Positions 1 through 12,740 of a stretch of DNA of 64,000 nucleotides are shown here, one piece after another. The stretch is from Chiloscyllium plagiosum (taxonomy: Eukaryota), in contig NC_057749.1 of NCBI RefSeq assembly GCF_004010195.1, positions 6,439,327 through 6,503,326 on the forward strand. The letters are read 5' to 3'. The notes beneath the pieces were generated by a model. That model worked only from the letters and a program-made list of their open reading frames with translations. It was not told where the DNA came from and made no database searches. The position numbers and the translations under genes are program-made. Position 1 is the first letter of the stretch, and each line of letters opens with the position of its first letter.

Positions 1-512
1 ATGAGCCCTTCTTCAGGAATGAGGAAAGTGTGTCCAGCAGGCTAAGATAAAAGGTAGGGAGGAGGGACTTGGGGGAGGGGTGTTAGAAATGCAATAGGTG
101 GAAAGAGGTCAAGGTGAGGGTGATAGTCCAGAGTGGGAGTGGGGCCAGCCTATCACCCTCACCTTGACCTCCTTCCACCTATCGCATTTCCAATGCCCCT
201 CCCCCCTACCTTTTATCTTAGCCTGCTGGACACACTTTCCTCATTCTCAGGAATAAGGAAAGTGTGTCCACCTTCCTAACCTGCAATCTTCTTCCTGACC
301 TCTCCGCCCCCACCCCACTCCGGCCTATCACCCTCACCTTGACCTCCTTCCACCTATCGCATTTCCAATGCCCCTCCCCCCTATCTTTTATCTTAGCCTG
401 CTGGACACACTTTCCTCATTCCTGAAGAAGGGCTTATGCCCGAAACGTCGATTCTCCTGTTCCTTGGATGCTGCCTGACCTGCTGCGCTTTTCCGGCAAC
501 ACATTTTCAGCT
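1..512. mobile_element. Rearranged Penelope terminal repeats in alternating orientations, with hammerhead core
   Basis: 1-145 is the reverse complement of segments within 146-246 and 310-440. Core cctgaagaagggcttatgcccgaaacgtc at 421-449. Confidence 0.8.
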
Positions 513-3500
513 TCAATAATTTTAAGTCATGAGCACCTTCTTCCATGTCTTTACCCCAACACACACTCGACCTCACCACATGGGCTGCTTCCACTAACAA
601 CCCATTGTCGACTACTAATGGTCCCTATTGGCAGCTACCGATTCTCCCAGGCTGGCCTTTACCCATTCCTTTGTCTGTCTGCCTGACTCTCTCTGGGCTC
701 CATCCCTATCACTGACTTGCCCCTCTTCACTCACCCCATCTTTAGCAAGTATACTTGCCTCTTCCTAGTTACAATCCGTTCTAAAGATAGATCACTGGAG
801 CAAAACATTAACTCAGCTTCCTCTCCATAAATGCTGCTACACCTGCGTTTTCCAGCAGTTTCTGAATTCCAGCACTTGAAGTTTTCTTGGGGCAAGAACT
901 TCACTAGGCTAAATGTCATGAATTTCCACAACAGGCTCAGTTTGCCTGGTTTCCATCCTGTGCAATGATATAAAAACCAGGACTGTTGGAGACATCTGCT
1001 ACTTGAAACAAATGGAATAAGTGACCTTTTGGTTTCCTAGGCCTCCCTCTATGCTTCTCTTCCTGAGTGTAGACAGTAGTTAGTTACACAGCACAGCCGG
1101 AGATCCTATAAATAGACAAGTTGATCAATGGAACATATTCCATTTCAGTTGACCTCTACTATATGGAGATATATACCAGTGCAATACGTTCTAGTCTCAA
1201 CTGCTGAAAAGGTCGAGCAGACAGACAGACAGCTGCGCTCACAAACCAGCCTGCATTTGATAGGGCAACACGTGAAAGCCTGATCAGCGATAGCCCCAAA
1301 ATTATGCTTATGGTCTGAACTGCCATTTAGCAGCTCATACTACAGCATTAACTGGAGTGTTATAATAACTGTTCCAACTCTAGCATAGAGATTAAAAGTG
1401 GTTAATGAGTTCACACATTAAACTTGAATATTTGCTGTCTCAGTCAAAAATTGCTACCCACTTTTCAAGTCAAATGCAGAAAAACACTGTACTGGAAATT
1501 TGAGATAACAAAGCCTCCAATTGGGGCCAGGAATATTGCTTGACAAAGTGTTCATGATCCAAACTGAGGACTTCAGAGCTGGTCCAGACGAAGCATCATC
1601 CCGGTCTGAAATGTTGTGTTTTGCCTCAGATTCTCTTGACCTGCTGAGCGCTTTCAACACTTTGGTGTCAAGAAAACAAGGCTTTTCTTTTAGCACTGCA
1701 CGAGTTTACACTTTGCAGTGAATCCATGCAGAAAAATCCTCCAATGTTTAACTGGTGTCAGTTCCTTAACCAAAGAGTAAGTTTGATAAAGTTGAAAGCA
1801 CTGACATATAGAGGGTAAAATCTAACTCATGTTTCAGTGAAACAGCAGCCATTTGTGATTAAATCTCAAAGTATTGCAGCAGGCAAATAATGCACACTAC
1901 TGTATTCTCTGCAAGCAGCAATATCAGAATTTCTATTACCACCTAATCACCAGAGATCACAGTAGCACAGTGGTTAGCACTGCTGCCTCACAGTGCCAGA
2001 GACCTGGGTTTAATTCCCGCCTCAGGCGGGAGTTTGCACATTCTCTCCATGTCTGCGTGGGTTTCCTCCGGGTGCTCCAGCTTCCTCCCACAGTCCAAAA
2101 ATGTGCAGGTTAGGTGAATTGGCCATGCTAAATTACCCGCAGCGTTAAGTGAAGGGGTAAATGTAGGCGAATGGGTCTGGGTGGGTTGCGCTTTGGTGGG
2201 TCAGTGTAGACTTGTTGGGCCGAAGGGCCTGTTTCCACACTGTAAAGTAATCTAATCTAATCACTCCAACCAGGCAGGCAAACAAAATTAACTTCTGGAG
2301 CACCTATATGTGCAGAGACTCATGTAGATATTTGATCTACCCAACAAAATAAAAAGTTAAATCACTGTTAAAGTAAAAGTTCACCATTGTAGGACATTCA
2401 ATGCAATACTGGCCATCATTTTGCTTCAAAAAAATGAAATGTTGCACAAACACCATGTTGAAATTAGTCATAGAAGCTTGGTTAAGTGGACAAGACTTAA
2501 GTACGAACTGTTGCAATGCTAAAAGAAAAGCCTGGTTTTCTTGATACCTAAAAGTGTTGGAAATGCTTAGCAGGTCAAGAGAATCTGAGGCAAAACAACA
2601 TTTCAGACCGGGATGATGTTTCATCTGGACCAGCTCTGAAGTCCTGTTTGGGTTGTTGAAAAACATTTGCAATGCTCCAACGTTACTCAAGATATTTATT
2701 AGGGTGGCACAGTGGCTAGCACTGCTGCTGACAGTGCCAGGGACCAGGATTCTATTCCGGCCTCGGATGACTGTGTGGAGTTTGCACATTCTCCCCATGC
2801 CCGCATGGGTTTGCTCCAGGTGCTCCAGTTTCCTCCCATAGTCCAAAGATATTTAGGTTAAGTGAATTGGCCATGCTAAATTGCCCATAGTGTGTAGTGA
2901 TGTGTAGGTTAGGTGCATTAGTCAGGGGTAAATGTAGGATAATAGGATAGGGCAATAGGTTTGAACAGGATACTCACAGGGTTGGTGTAGACTTGTTGGG
3001 CCTAAGGACCTGTGTCCACACTGTAGGGATTCTATTCTAAATACTGCATCAAGCAATTTCACTGAAATTTACTCCACGGCAACTGCTGACTCACCAAAGA
3101 AACCCCAGTGCAATCACCTATATCAGTGGAATTGCCTCAGGGCAAGAAACAGACACTGAATGACACCATTTTCTTAAAAAAACAAACTCCTAGCCTAACC
3201 CCTAACAGAACTTCAGTACATGACTAACATTCACTTATTTTTAAATCACTGCTTATCAATGAACAGACAGCATTATAAACAAATGCTTGTCTAACGTCCA
3301 CATGTTGAAAGGAAACACCGAAAAGCAGAATGAACCCTGCCTTCATTCCAAAATTCTACCCAAAAGCATCAGACTCCTTGATTCATATTTCAGATGGTCA
3401 CCCTAGTTGAACCAGCCAACTGTACAGGTGAATCAAAACAGAAGCTTTGAACTGACTTCCATAGCTTAGCGCTACAGAGTGGTTTGACAATGTTCCAGCT

Positions 3501-3521
3501 TGGAGTTCAATAAGGCTATAC

Positions 3522-3613
3522 CTCATGTGTCCCATGTGAGAAATTCATCCGTGCCACATTCATCCCAGCTTTGATCATCTCCTTCAGCATTTCCACAGAT
3601 CTGGAAGCAGGCC
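3522..3613 (-). CDS. PKM: Pyruvate kinase, second coding exon (92 nt)
   Basis: ttccag|GG CCT GCT TCC AGA...CAT GAG|gtatag gives (G)[30 protein letters not shown]. Phase matches the previous exon across a 575-bp intron. No next exon found in 1-3521. Confidence 0.96.
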
Positions 3614-4188
3614 CTGGAATTAACCAGCATAATTACATCAGTTCCTTTCAAGTTGATTAATATTTTGATGGTCCCTCATGAGTGATGCAATGCAATACAA
3701 CTAAGCATTGAAATTCTCAGGTAAAACAGAGGTTTGTGTCTAATCCTTCTGGGGATTCAATGCATCATAACAGCTTTGGAATCCAATAAATAGATAAGGT
3801 AAGGAGATGCAACAATCAGGGGAATACAATAATCAAAACAGAGGAATGGATCAGAGGGAAGTGTTTCTCAAAGGTTTTATTTTGCTCCAGATCAGTAACC
3901 ACTAGAATGTTTTGCTCAAGCAAAGTATGTTAAGTATTCAACATAAACTAAGGAAAGCTTCAAGTCAGTACAGAAGAAATAGCATAATTTCTAACCAGCA
4001 CATACTGATGTAATTAAATGGAAGCCTCAGCAGGCATACAGGCTGAAACACCATCATGAGTGTGATGCAAGGGGTTACAACAGCATTTCAAAGCAGCCAA
4101 CTCAATCTGCAGAAGAGCAAAGATTAAATCAACTCTGCAGTAACAATTTTTCACATGAGGATACATTTGTGACTTGTACAATACTTAC

Positions 4189-4351
4189 CAATGGTGCAGA
4201 CAATGCCAGTGTTCCTTGCAATTGTTGTTTCGGAATCAATATCTAGCAGACAAAGGTGTTCCAGGAAAGTGTCAGCCATGGCAGCACTCAGCTGCTGACG
4301 CTGAACAAAGGCTGTACCCATTTCGTGCGCAGCGTCTTTTGTGGTTGGCAT
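4189..4351 (-). CDS. PKM: Pyruvate kinase, first coding exon (whole exon 4189-4367 including 16 nt of 5'UTR)
   Basis: Translates as [55 protein letters not shown], the vertebrate PK N-terminus. Acceptor ctctccacatcag|G at 4368/4367; donor G|GTAAGT at 4189/4188 (phase 1). The NTG motif and CpG-island promoter favour PKM over PKLR. Confidence 0.95.
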
Positions 4352-5928
4352 AGCTGTTGATTCTATCCTGATGTGGAGAGAATATATATAACCTTTAGTC
4401 TGTTATGGTATTTTGCCCAACAGTATCTTCCTCAGATTTGATATTAATTTTTATACACTGCAAGGTTGAGACATTACTTTTGGATATTTACCTCCACTAT
4501 GACGCCACTTAGACACAAAGGTTGTCAGGGTCTCAGAACTCAGACCTAAGTAAGCAGAAACCTATGAGAACAGGGGTTCTGCGGTGTGTATGTGGGGCAG
4601 AACACCCAAGACCCAGGTAGGAGAGGGAGTAAAGAGATAGAACTACAATGTCTGTTATTGCCTGAGCTAGTGACCCAAAAGTTCTACACATTTAAAAGTC
4701 AATCTTGGTTTCAATTAAGATCGACCACATACCATCAAGCTGTTTAAACCAACAGCACTTGAGTTATTTTCAAAGATATTACAACACACCTCTCTGCTCC
4801 TCTGGAAATGCAGAGCCACATACAAATGTAGTTCTCAAAAGTATTGCACTGTTTGCATACTGACCTTCAAATTCAAAGATTCCAGGCCTACCTGACTGCT
4901 TAGGAACAAGCTAAGATCTGTGGCATAGAAAGTAAACTTGATTTTCTTCCCTAACTATCAAACCACCTGATTACTAAGATAATCGCTTGGCTACTGCATT
5001 GAAAAGGTGAATTCACCACACACGACACAGCAGATTACTATACAATGACCTTACGCAATTCAGCAAGGGCAAACTGGATTGCTCCTGGCTCTGCCAGAAT
5101 CATGCTTCAGGAGGCAATTTTATTACAAACACATTAAGGATGGGTTGTAAACGTATCTGAATAGATCAAGTTTGCTACAAGTTTGTTAATGCATTCTATT
5201 CTCTGTTGATAATATTAGACTTGTAGCTTAAGCACAGAACTTAGACAGCAATTATAAGCATAAAGGTCACAAGAGATCTACAATGTAGTGGAATTCATTA
5301 AGCGGCTAACTTATAAGAGCTGCACTTAGGATAATCTTCAAGGACATACTGACTTTTTAATACCATGTCTTGTTTAAAGGGCCTTACTGCTTTAGTTAGC
5401 AATGCACATTGGTTACCAAGACTAGCAGCTTCCTGAAGGCAAGATTTAAGCTCCCATCTGTCTTGCATCTATTGTTGGCAATCATTAGTCAAGCTTATAC
5501 AAGGAGGATATGATTCACCCACAGTAGAATAAATCAAATAGCTCCTGGCGGCCAAATGTGAATTGGAGGCAAGTCTAATAACATGTTCATAGGAAACCTT
5601 TAATGTGATGGATGACTCATTTTAATCAAGTGAATGGAAAGCAAGGAAGGAGAAATTCAGTTAGCCAATTCGGAGTTAAATTGAGCACATGCCTTTCAGA
5701 GCTTTGAAATTGAAAGGAATTTGGGAAGATAATTCTGACAGCAGGATTCAAATCAATACAAAGTATATACAATAACTGGTAGGGGCTTTTGTGACAGTGT
5801 TAGTGTCACTGGTCATGCCCCACCTTTCCAGAGGTGCATCATAACATTTCAGTAGGTTGATTAGAAAAATATCTAAATAATTGGTGACAAGGAGAAATGG
5901 GAAAAGCCAAGGAGGGAAAATGCACAGG

Positions 5929-6051
5929 GGAAAGTTAGGACTGCAGATGCTGGAGACCAGAGTTGAAAAATGTGGTGCTGGCAAAACACAGCAGGCCAGG
6001 CAGCATCCAAGGAGCAGGAGAATCGACGTTTCCGGCATAAGCCCTTCTTCA
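5929..6051 (-). mobile_element. Short Penelope-derived insertion with 14-bp TSD
   Basis: GGAAAATGCACAGG at 5915-5928 and 6052-6065; same family as 22539-22761. Confidence 0.8.
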
Positions 6052-9000
6052 GGAAAATGCACAGGCCAAGATCAGGTCAATTTAGGTTGGAATGGGATGG
6101 GCAGAGTGGGGTTAAAGATAAAACCTAAATATAAGCACACTGACTCCACTGAGGGATTAAGGGATTAAGAAAAGAGTTTTGACTGAGGCTTGGAATTTGG
6201 AGCAAAAGCTGCGAAGACAAGTGTGATGGGAAAGTGGAATATGATGTGGGCAGGATTCTGACAGGAAGCACACAAGCAGTCAGCTTTGGAGGGAAAGACA
6301 TTATCCTCAAATATAGGTCAGACAAGAGTAACATGCTTTTGTAAAAAGATGCAAAGCATCCATTTCAGTAGGGTTGAGTAGAACTCACCACTGCAAAGGA
6401 GAACTCAGCAAGGCTATGGACAAGGGAGAAATAAAGAGCAAAGTGAGGGAAGCTGAAGCTTTGGTCTTTCCCAGGCTGAACTGGAGAGCTGCAAGGTTCC
6501 ACCAAGGTCCACTCTTGAGCAAACTCAAAGGTTAAGAGATAAGAATCCAAAAAAGGAAGCTGAATCTACAGAGGACAGAAAACAGTTCCACTACTTCAGT
6601 ATTCGAACATGTAAGCTGCTTCAGATTTGCTGTATGGATTTCCAGATTTCTGACTGGCACCTATGGAGGAGAGACTGCATTTTCTTTAATGCAAACCTGT
6701 TTCATATCATTCCCCAATAAAAAATCCTGTGTAAGTTTCCTATGCTCACTTTTGTCCACATTGAAGACATAAGTATTTTTGCTGTAAAGTCTTCATGTTA
6801 TCTGCTTTATTTTGTGTAGATAAATGCAATCTGATTTACTTTGATTCCAATTTACAATGACTTTAATTAAGAGAAAAGGCTTGATCAAAATGTTCCGTCC
6901 TACCCGACTACTGAAGGTGCGCTAACATATTGACTATCTAGGGTCAATCAATACTGGAGGCTCACCTTCCTCTGCAACAGTGACTATACCTTAGCTCAGC
7001 AGCAGAATGGAATGCTGAGGTTATGAAAGGTGTAATATATAAACGAGTTCACCTTCTCTTCTGCTGTAGCTTCCAGAACACCGTGCTACTGCCAAACAGG
7101 GATCTGTTATCCTGCCCAGTTCACAAAGCCAGAAAGGGAATCCAGGCCATTGCAATTGCATACATTCCTTGTAACATTAATATTCTTTAAACCAGAAAAA
7201 AGTAATTTAGAAGCTAGACATCAGTCAGGACACGCCATAAGGAGCTCCAACTAAAGATGTTATCAAGTTTAAGGCATATGTAACAATTGAGCAAGCCAGC
7301 TAGTAGCCAACATGGCAACTAACAGAAGGTTGTGGATTTTAAAAAACTTGAATTTAAAGTTCCAGATGTGTAAACTAAACATTCAAAGACAGTGGAAGTT
7401 TTGCTCAAGCATAGCCAATATACCCAAGAGCTGTAAGCTATTATGACACTGCAATCAATCGCAACCAAGATGACTGATTATTAGAAACTGAAGAGATAAC
7501 ATGCACTGTATCATGATGACAGAATCAATACAGAAGAAATCAAAATTCTTTAGTAAGAGGTAGCCATCCCAGAGAACAAGTATATCATAGGATTAAGGGA
7601 CCTTTAGAGATAAAATACAAAAAGGTCTGCACTCAATCTCGGTTATACTGCAGAGACTCTGGTATTGGTTGAACCTTAAACATTGAATAGGTGGCGAGGA
7701 GATCAGACTAGAGTGTGGGGTGAAGGGCTTATGCCGGAAACTTCGATGTTCCTGTTCCTCGGATGCTGCCTGACCTGCTGTGCTTTTCCAGACCGTACTC
7801 TTGAAACAAACAATGGAATACCTGTTTAACATCGTCACAGATAAATTTTATTACAAGACAAAATCTCTGTTGTAAGTGAACTCAGCTCAAGATTTCACTT
7901 GTTAAATACAAGACTGATCCAAAAAAATATTTCTATTAGCAAACACAGATGAACCATATAAGAGATAACAGGCTAAGACTGCATGGAGCTGATGGAATCT
8001 GTGGGCTTCTTCACAGGGAAAAATGGATGAAGTGCCTGAGAACATTTTGCGTGGCTTCTGTCACTGTAGACATTAATCTAAAATAAATTCTGTTCAAACA
8101 TTTGATGCAGAAGTTTGTTTTTGGGTATAGAGGGCGAGAGAAGAGAAGAGATTGGAAAAGGACATGGAGGGTGAAGAGAGTAGTTAGAGATGGCAAAGAT
8201 GACAAATGAAACTGGATCACCAGGGCTTTGAATTTTGACCAGCAAAGAGATCCTCTATATAGTACAGCAATGACGCATCAATTTTGGACCAAACACTGCT
8301 GGAAAACAATATCATGGAGTTGAAATGCTGATGCTCATCAATTGAGTACTACTTCAGGTTTCCAGTACCCACAGCATTTTGTTGCTATTGCAACATTAAA
8401 TTCAAAAATGGAAATCAAAGAAAATAGAGCCTGCACATTAACCTTGTACAAGGACAAGGTTTTTAAAGAAAAAAGGTTTTTAATGAGGAGACACACGCTC
8501 TGCAGCACCAATCTGGGCGCTGTGGTAGTCACGTCCATACGGCGCTGGGTGTACGTGCAGTCTGCCTCGCGTCCACTGACTCAGAGAAGGCAGGCGGAAA
8601 AAAAAGTGACAAAATTCCATACATGAGTAACGAGAAAAAGGCTAACTTATGTCGAAAAATTGCTCATAATAAAAGCGAAAAACTTAAAACGAGGAGGCAA
8701 CCCGAAACCGCAACTGACGCACCCAAGGGCAAACATTCATTCCAGGTTGTAACGCGGTATGGTCTTTAAAGATGAACATTAAAACTGAACCGCGTCTCCA
8801 AACCAGTCGAACGGAACTGATAGGAGAGGGGGGGGGGGGGTGCACCAGAACGTGTGGAGTTGACCGCATGGCATAGGGAGCACAAGCAGCTTTCCATTTC
8901 GTTTTCACACAAAAGAAAGACATTTACAGTACATGCCTGACTTTCTTCCCCCACCGCCCAAAAAAACACATTAACCTGCACCAATCTGTGGTGGTCCCCA

Positions 9001-10174
9001 GGTCAGATTAAGAGATATCTGGACCAAATGCTCTAGACGACGCCACATTCTGAACTCCCTCTATCGGCTAACAATACCTTCAGGAAGACGCAAAGAAAAA
9101 TCTCAATTGAGATACAGCTAGCTGAGAAATATCCTTCAGAAGAGGACACGATTTGCTGGGAGTACAGGTAGTATAACCTTTAACGAAACTGCAGAGGCAG
9201 GTTCAATCGTACCTTTCAAACGGGGAATCGGATATGCAACTTTAGAGAAATAAGTGGCACGGGATTTGCTGATTTCTTGCAGAACCATGCTGCGCTATAA
9301 TTAATCTCTGCTGAGGTAGGGCTCAGCATGCGACACTCCTGCAGGTTTCCCCCCCCCCCCCAAGTTTTACATAAAGTGGCCGCTTTAGGCTATAAAAAAA
9401 TGCTCGCTACTTTATTAAAGCGCATCCGAGAAATCACCAGATATTTGAGAGGTGAACACATCCCCATGGTAAATGGAGTCACCAAGGACGAATACCTTGC
9501 TATGAGTGCCAGGTATCACATTGCTGCAAGAGGAATCATTACAAACTCCTTCAGCCAAGGATAGGTCACATAAAAGTACTCTAGTTACCAAGGATTAAAA
9601 TTAGCTCAAGCACTATTCTGGCAAAAACTAAAATTTCGGGAACGAGTTAGTCACAATATAAAATGAGCGAAGTGGGACAAACAGCACCAATTTTTAAAAA
9701 TCTGGATAAAAGATCAACTTGAAGTGAATAAATGGGTACACATTAAATAAAATAATAGGAATGCACCTGTTGCAACGGCACATCTCATAAGAGGATGCAA
9801 CAAACGGTTCAAAGTTGGAGAACGAGAATAAAACAAATGCGTGCATTATCCAAAATTAACATTTAAAGCTCCTTATAATTTCCAGTCTTAAAGTGTGCGG
9901 TAGGACGCAGCAGCAGACTCGCCTACGTGCGAGCATCACGCCGCATGATGAGTGGCAGCGATGGAGAAACCGACCTTCAGAGGGGAAAGAAAGGGCATCT
10001 TTACCCGGGGGGGGAGGGGGGGAATAAGGAGAAGCGATTTGAGGCGAGCAAAGAATGGAGCTCAAGGCAATTGTAACCAGTAGGGATGGAGAAACAAGGG
10101 AATTGCATGGTGAAGGGGAAAGGAGCATCTCAGGGCAATTTCTTCTGGGATGGGGGAGCAGCTGAGAGCAGTTT

Positions 10175-10496
10175 NNNNNNNNNNNNNNNNNNNNNNNNNN
10201 NNNNNNNNNNNNNNNNNNNNNNNNNNNNNNNNNNNNNNNNNNNNNNNNNNNNNNNNNNNNNNNNNNNNNNNNNNNNNNNNNNNNNNNNNNNNNNNNNNNN
10301 NNNNNNNNNNNNNNNNNNNNNNNNNNNNNNNNNNNNNNNNNNNNNNNNNNNNNNNNNNNNNNNNNNNNNNNNNNNNNNNNNNNNNNNNNNNNNNNNNNNN
10401 NNNNNNNNNNNNNNNNNNNNNNNNNNNNNNNNNNNNNNNNNNNNNNNNNNNNNNNNNNNNNNNNNNNNNNNNNNNNNNNNNNNNNNNNNNNNNNNN
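10175..10496. other. Assembly gap in PKM intron 1
   Basis: Run of N. Confidence 1.
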
Positions 10497-10599
10497 TGAA
10501 GTCAGGGCTTTTTGGAGGGGGAAAGAGTGAAGTGCGAGGGGAGGGGAGGGGAGGGGAGGGGATCTAACGTACAATCAGGGGCTAGGTGAAGGGTGGAGG

Positions 10600-11230
10600 G
10601 AGCTGCGGCCGCCTCCTGCGGCTCACGGAGGGCCTAGGCCCAGGCCCTGCGGCCTCACCCTGGGAGCCGCTCCTTCACCATCTCTCTCCCCTCCCCAATG
10701 CCCATTCCTCCCGTGAACACAAACCTGTCCGAGATTAGACCAGATCCTCCGACAGAACGCACGCGTCCGGCTGATGGCGCCGCCTCCCCTTTATATAACC
10801 TACCGCCGCCGCCTCCTCACACCCACCCACCCGCTCGCTCGCTCTCGGCCGGGTCGCGCTCCGCCTCTGGAGGACCGACCGCATCACTTTCGGAGGACCA
10901 ACCGCTACGTACCCGTCCGCCGCCGCGCCGCGCCGCCCGGCAGTAGTCCTCCAGCAAGCGCCGTGTGCCGCTCCGCTGGAGGACCGACCGCATCACTCTG
11001 GGAGGACCGGACGCACCCATACCTACTCCCCGCTGCCCCAAAACCCGCTGATTACCTATCAATCGCTTAAGAGGCTGAGCGCCATTCTCCCTCGAACCCC
11101 TCGCCCGGTTTCGGTGTGCAAACGAGCGGCCAATATATCAAATAAGGGAGAACTATTTTCTTTCTTTACCTGGTGGACAGATTTCACCACTGGGCCGCGA
11201 AGTGTCAGGGCACCACGTGACCAGGTTCAG
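10600..11230 (-). promoter_or_regulatory. CpG-island promoter of PKM with TATA box
   Basis: The most CpG-dense stretch in the window. Minus-strand TATATAAAG at 10797-10789, GC-rich tracts, CCAAT at 11130-11134 and E-box CACGTG at 11214-11219. Points toward the PK exons. Confidence 0.85.
10725..10772 (-). other. PKM: Probable non-coding exon 1 of PKM
   Basis: Initiator-like TCAGCC about 25 nt downstream of the TATA box, then donor CAG|GTTTGT at 10725/10724. An alternative donor AGG|GTGAGG lies at 10659/10658. Boundaries are inferred. Confidence 0.55.
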
Positions 11231-11379
11231 CCCTAAGGAGCAAAGGCACTGCATCTGAACAATACAAGCCCCTCACAAATAAACCTTAAATTATACATTT
11301 GGAATAAAACTGTGACATTTGCGTGTGTTAATTCTCACTTCCTAAATAAAATGCACCAACTTAAGCTGAAACATTATGA

Positions 11380-11845
11380 AACAAAAACAAGTTGCCAGAA
11401 AAACTCAGTAGGTTTGGCAATATCTGTGGAGAGAAAGCAGAGTTAACCATTTTGAAGGTAAAAACAATGACTGCAGATGCTGGAACCATTTTGAAGCCTC
11501 TTCACCAGAGCTATCAGTCACTGGACTCAAAATGTTAGCTCTGCCTTCTCCCCACAGATATTGCCAAACCTGCTGAGTTTTGCAAGCAATTTCTATTTTT
11601 ATTGTCGGTTAAACTATTGCATTTTGTCCTAAATGGTATGACCTAACCCACATTGACCATAAGACATAGAAACAGGAGCTCATAATTTATCTCTCAGTCC
11701 CCAATCCACAAGCCTCATTCCTGATGAAGGGCCAATGCCTGAAACGTTGATTCTCCTGCTCCTCGGATGCTGCCTGACCTGCTGTGCTTTTCCAGCAACA
11801 CACTCTTGACTCTGATCTCCAGCATCTGCAGTACTCACTTTCTCC
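11380..11845. mobile_element. Cluster of Penelope-derived short elements just upstream of the promoter
   Basis: Palindrome at about 11383-11600 containing a 26-bp insert with 13-bp TSD. A second element at about 11715-11845 has ctgatgaagggccaatgcctgaaacgtt. Confidence 0.7.
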
Positions 11846-12294
11846 ATTCAGCTCATCATGTCAGCAATGCTGCCTCACAGACTCATGGACCCAGGTTCGA
11901 TTCCATGTTGGGTGACTGTCTGTCCTGAGTTTGCATGTTCTCCCCATGTCTGCATGGGTTTCCTCCGGGTGAACTGTTTTCCACCTGCGGTTCAAAGGCA
12001 TGCAGCTTAGATAGATAAGACTTGGGAATTGCAGGAATACAGGGATGGAATGGGGTGGGGGTTTGTCTGAGTGGGATGCTCTTTGGAGAGTCAGTGTAGG
12101 CTCAATGGCTGCTTCCACACTATAGGAACACTATGATTCAATGAGATCATGACTGATCTGATAATCCTCACCTTCACTTTCCTGTCTTCATAACCTTTGA
12201 TTCCCTTATTCATTCAAAATCTGTCTATCTCATCTTTGAATATACTTAATCACCCAGCCTTTACAATCCTCTGTGTTAAAGAGTTTCATAGATT

Positions 12295-12740
12295 GTCACA
12301 AGTAGACAGGATGGTTAAGTAGGTATTCAGCATGTTTGTCTTCATTGCTCAGACCTTTGAGTATAGAAATTGGCATGTCATGTTGAGATTTTACAGGATG
12401 TTCATGAGGCTTCTTGTGGAGAACTGTGTGCAGTCTGGTTGCCGTGCTATCAGAAAGATATAATTAAACTGGAAATGGTTCAGAAAAGATTTACCAGGAT
12501 GTTTCTGGTAATGGAGAGCTTGAGTAATAAAGAGAGGCTGGATAGACTGGGACTTTTTCACTGGAGTGTAGGAGGTTAAGGGGTGACCTTGTAGACATTT
12601 ATAAAATCATGAAGGCATAGGTAAGATGAATGAAAGGGCTTTTTCCCTAGTTTGGAAGAATTGAAAACTAGGGGGCATATTTTTAAGGTGAGAGGAGAAA
12701 GATTTGAAAAGGACATGAGGGGCAACTTTTTTACACTTTA
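12295..12740 (+). mobile_element. CR1 fragment
   Basis: WLPCYQKDIIKLEMVQKRFTRM...ERLDRLGLF. Confidence 0.85.

Noticed and set aside
4151..4188. C-terminal [11 protein letters not shown] of the PK ORF in the ORF track
   Set aside because: Read-through into the intron past the GTAAGT donor.
3522..4351. Assignment to PKLR
   Set aside because: [10 protein letters not shown] and IKAG are PKLR-like, but [16 protein letters not shown] and the CpG-island promoter with a non-coding first exon fit PKM better. A phylogeny would settle it.
10062..10574. ORFs of 126-170 aa
   Set aside because: Artefacts of the N gap.
10698..11070. Pro/Arg-rich ORFs in the CpG island
   Set aside because: Expected from GC-rich promoter sequence; no recognisable protein.
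11203..11219. ChoRE at the CACGTG E-box
   Set aside because: No second E-box-like half site at the required 5-nt spacing.
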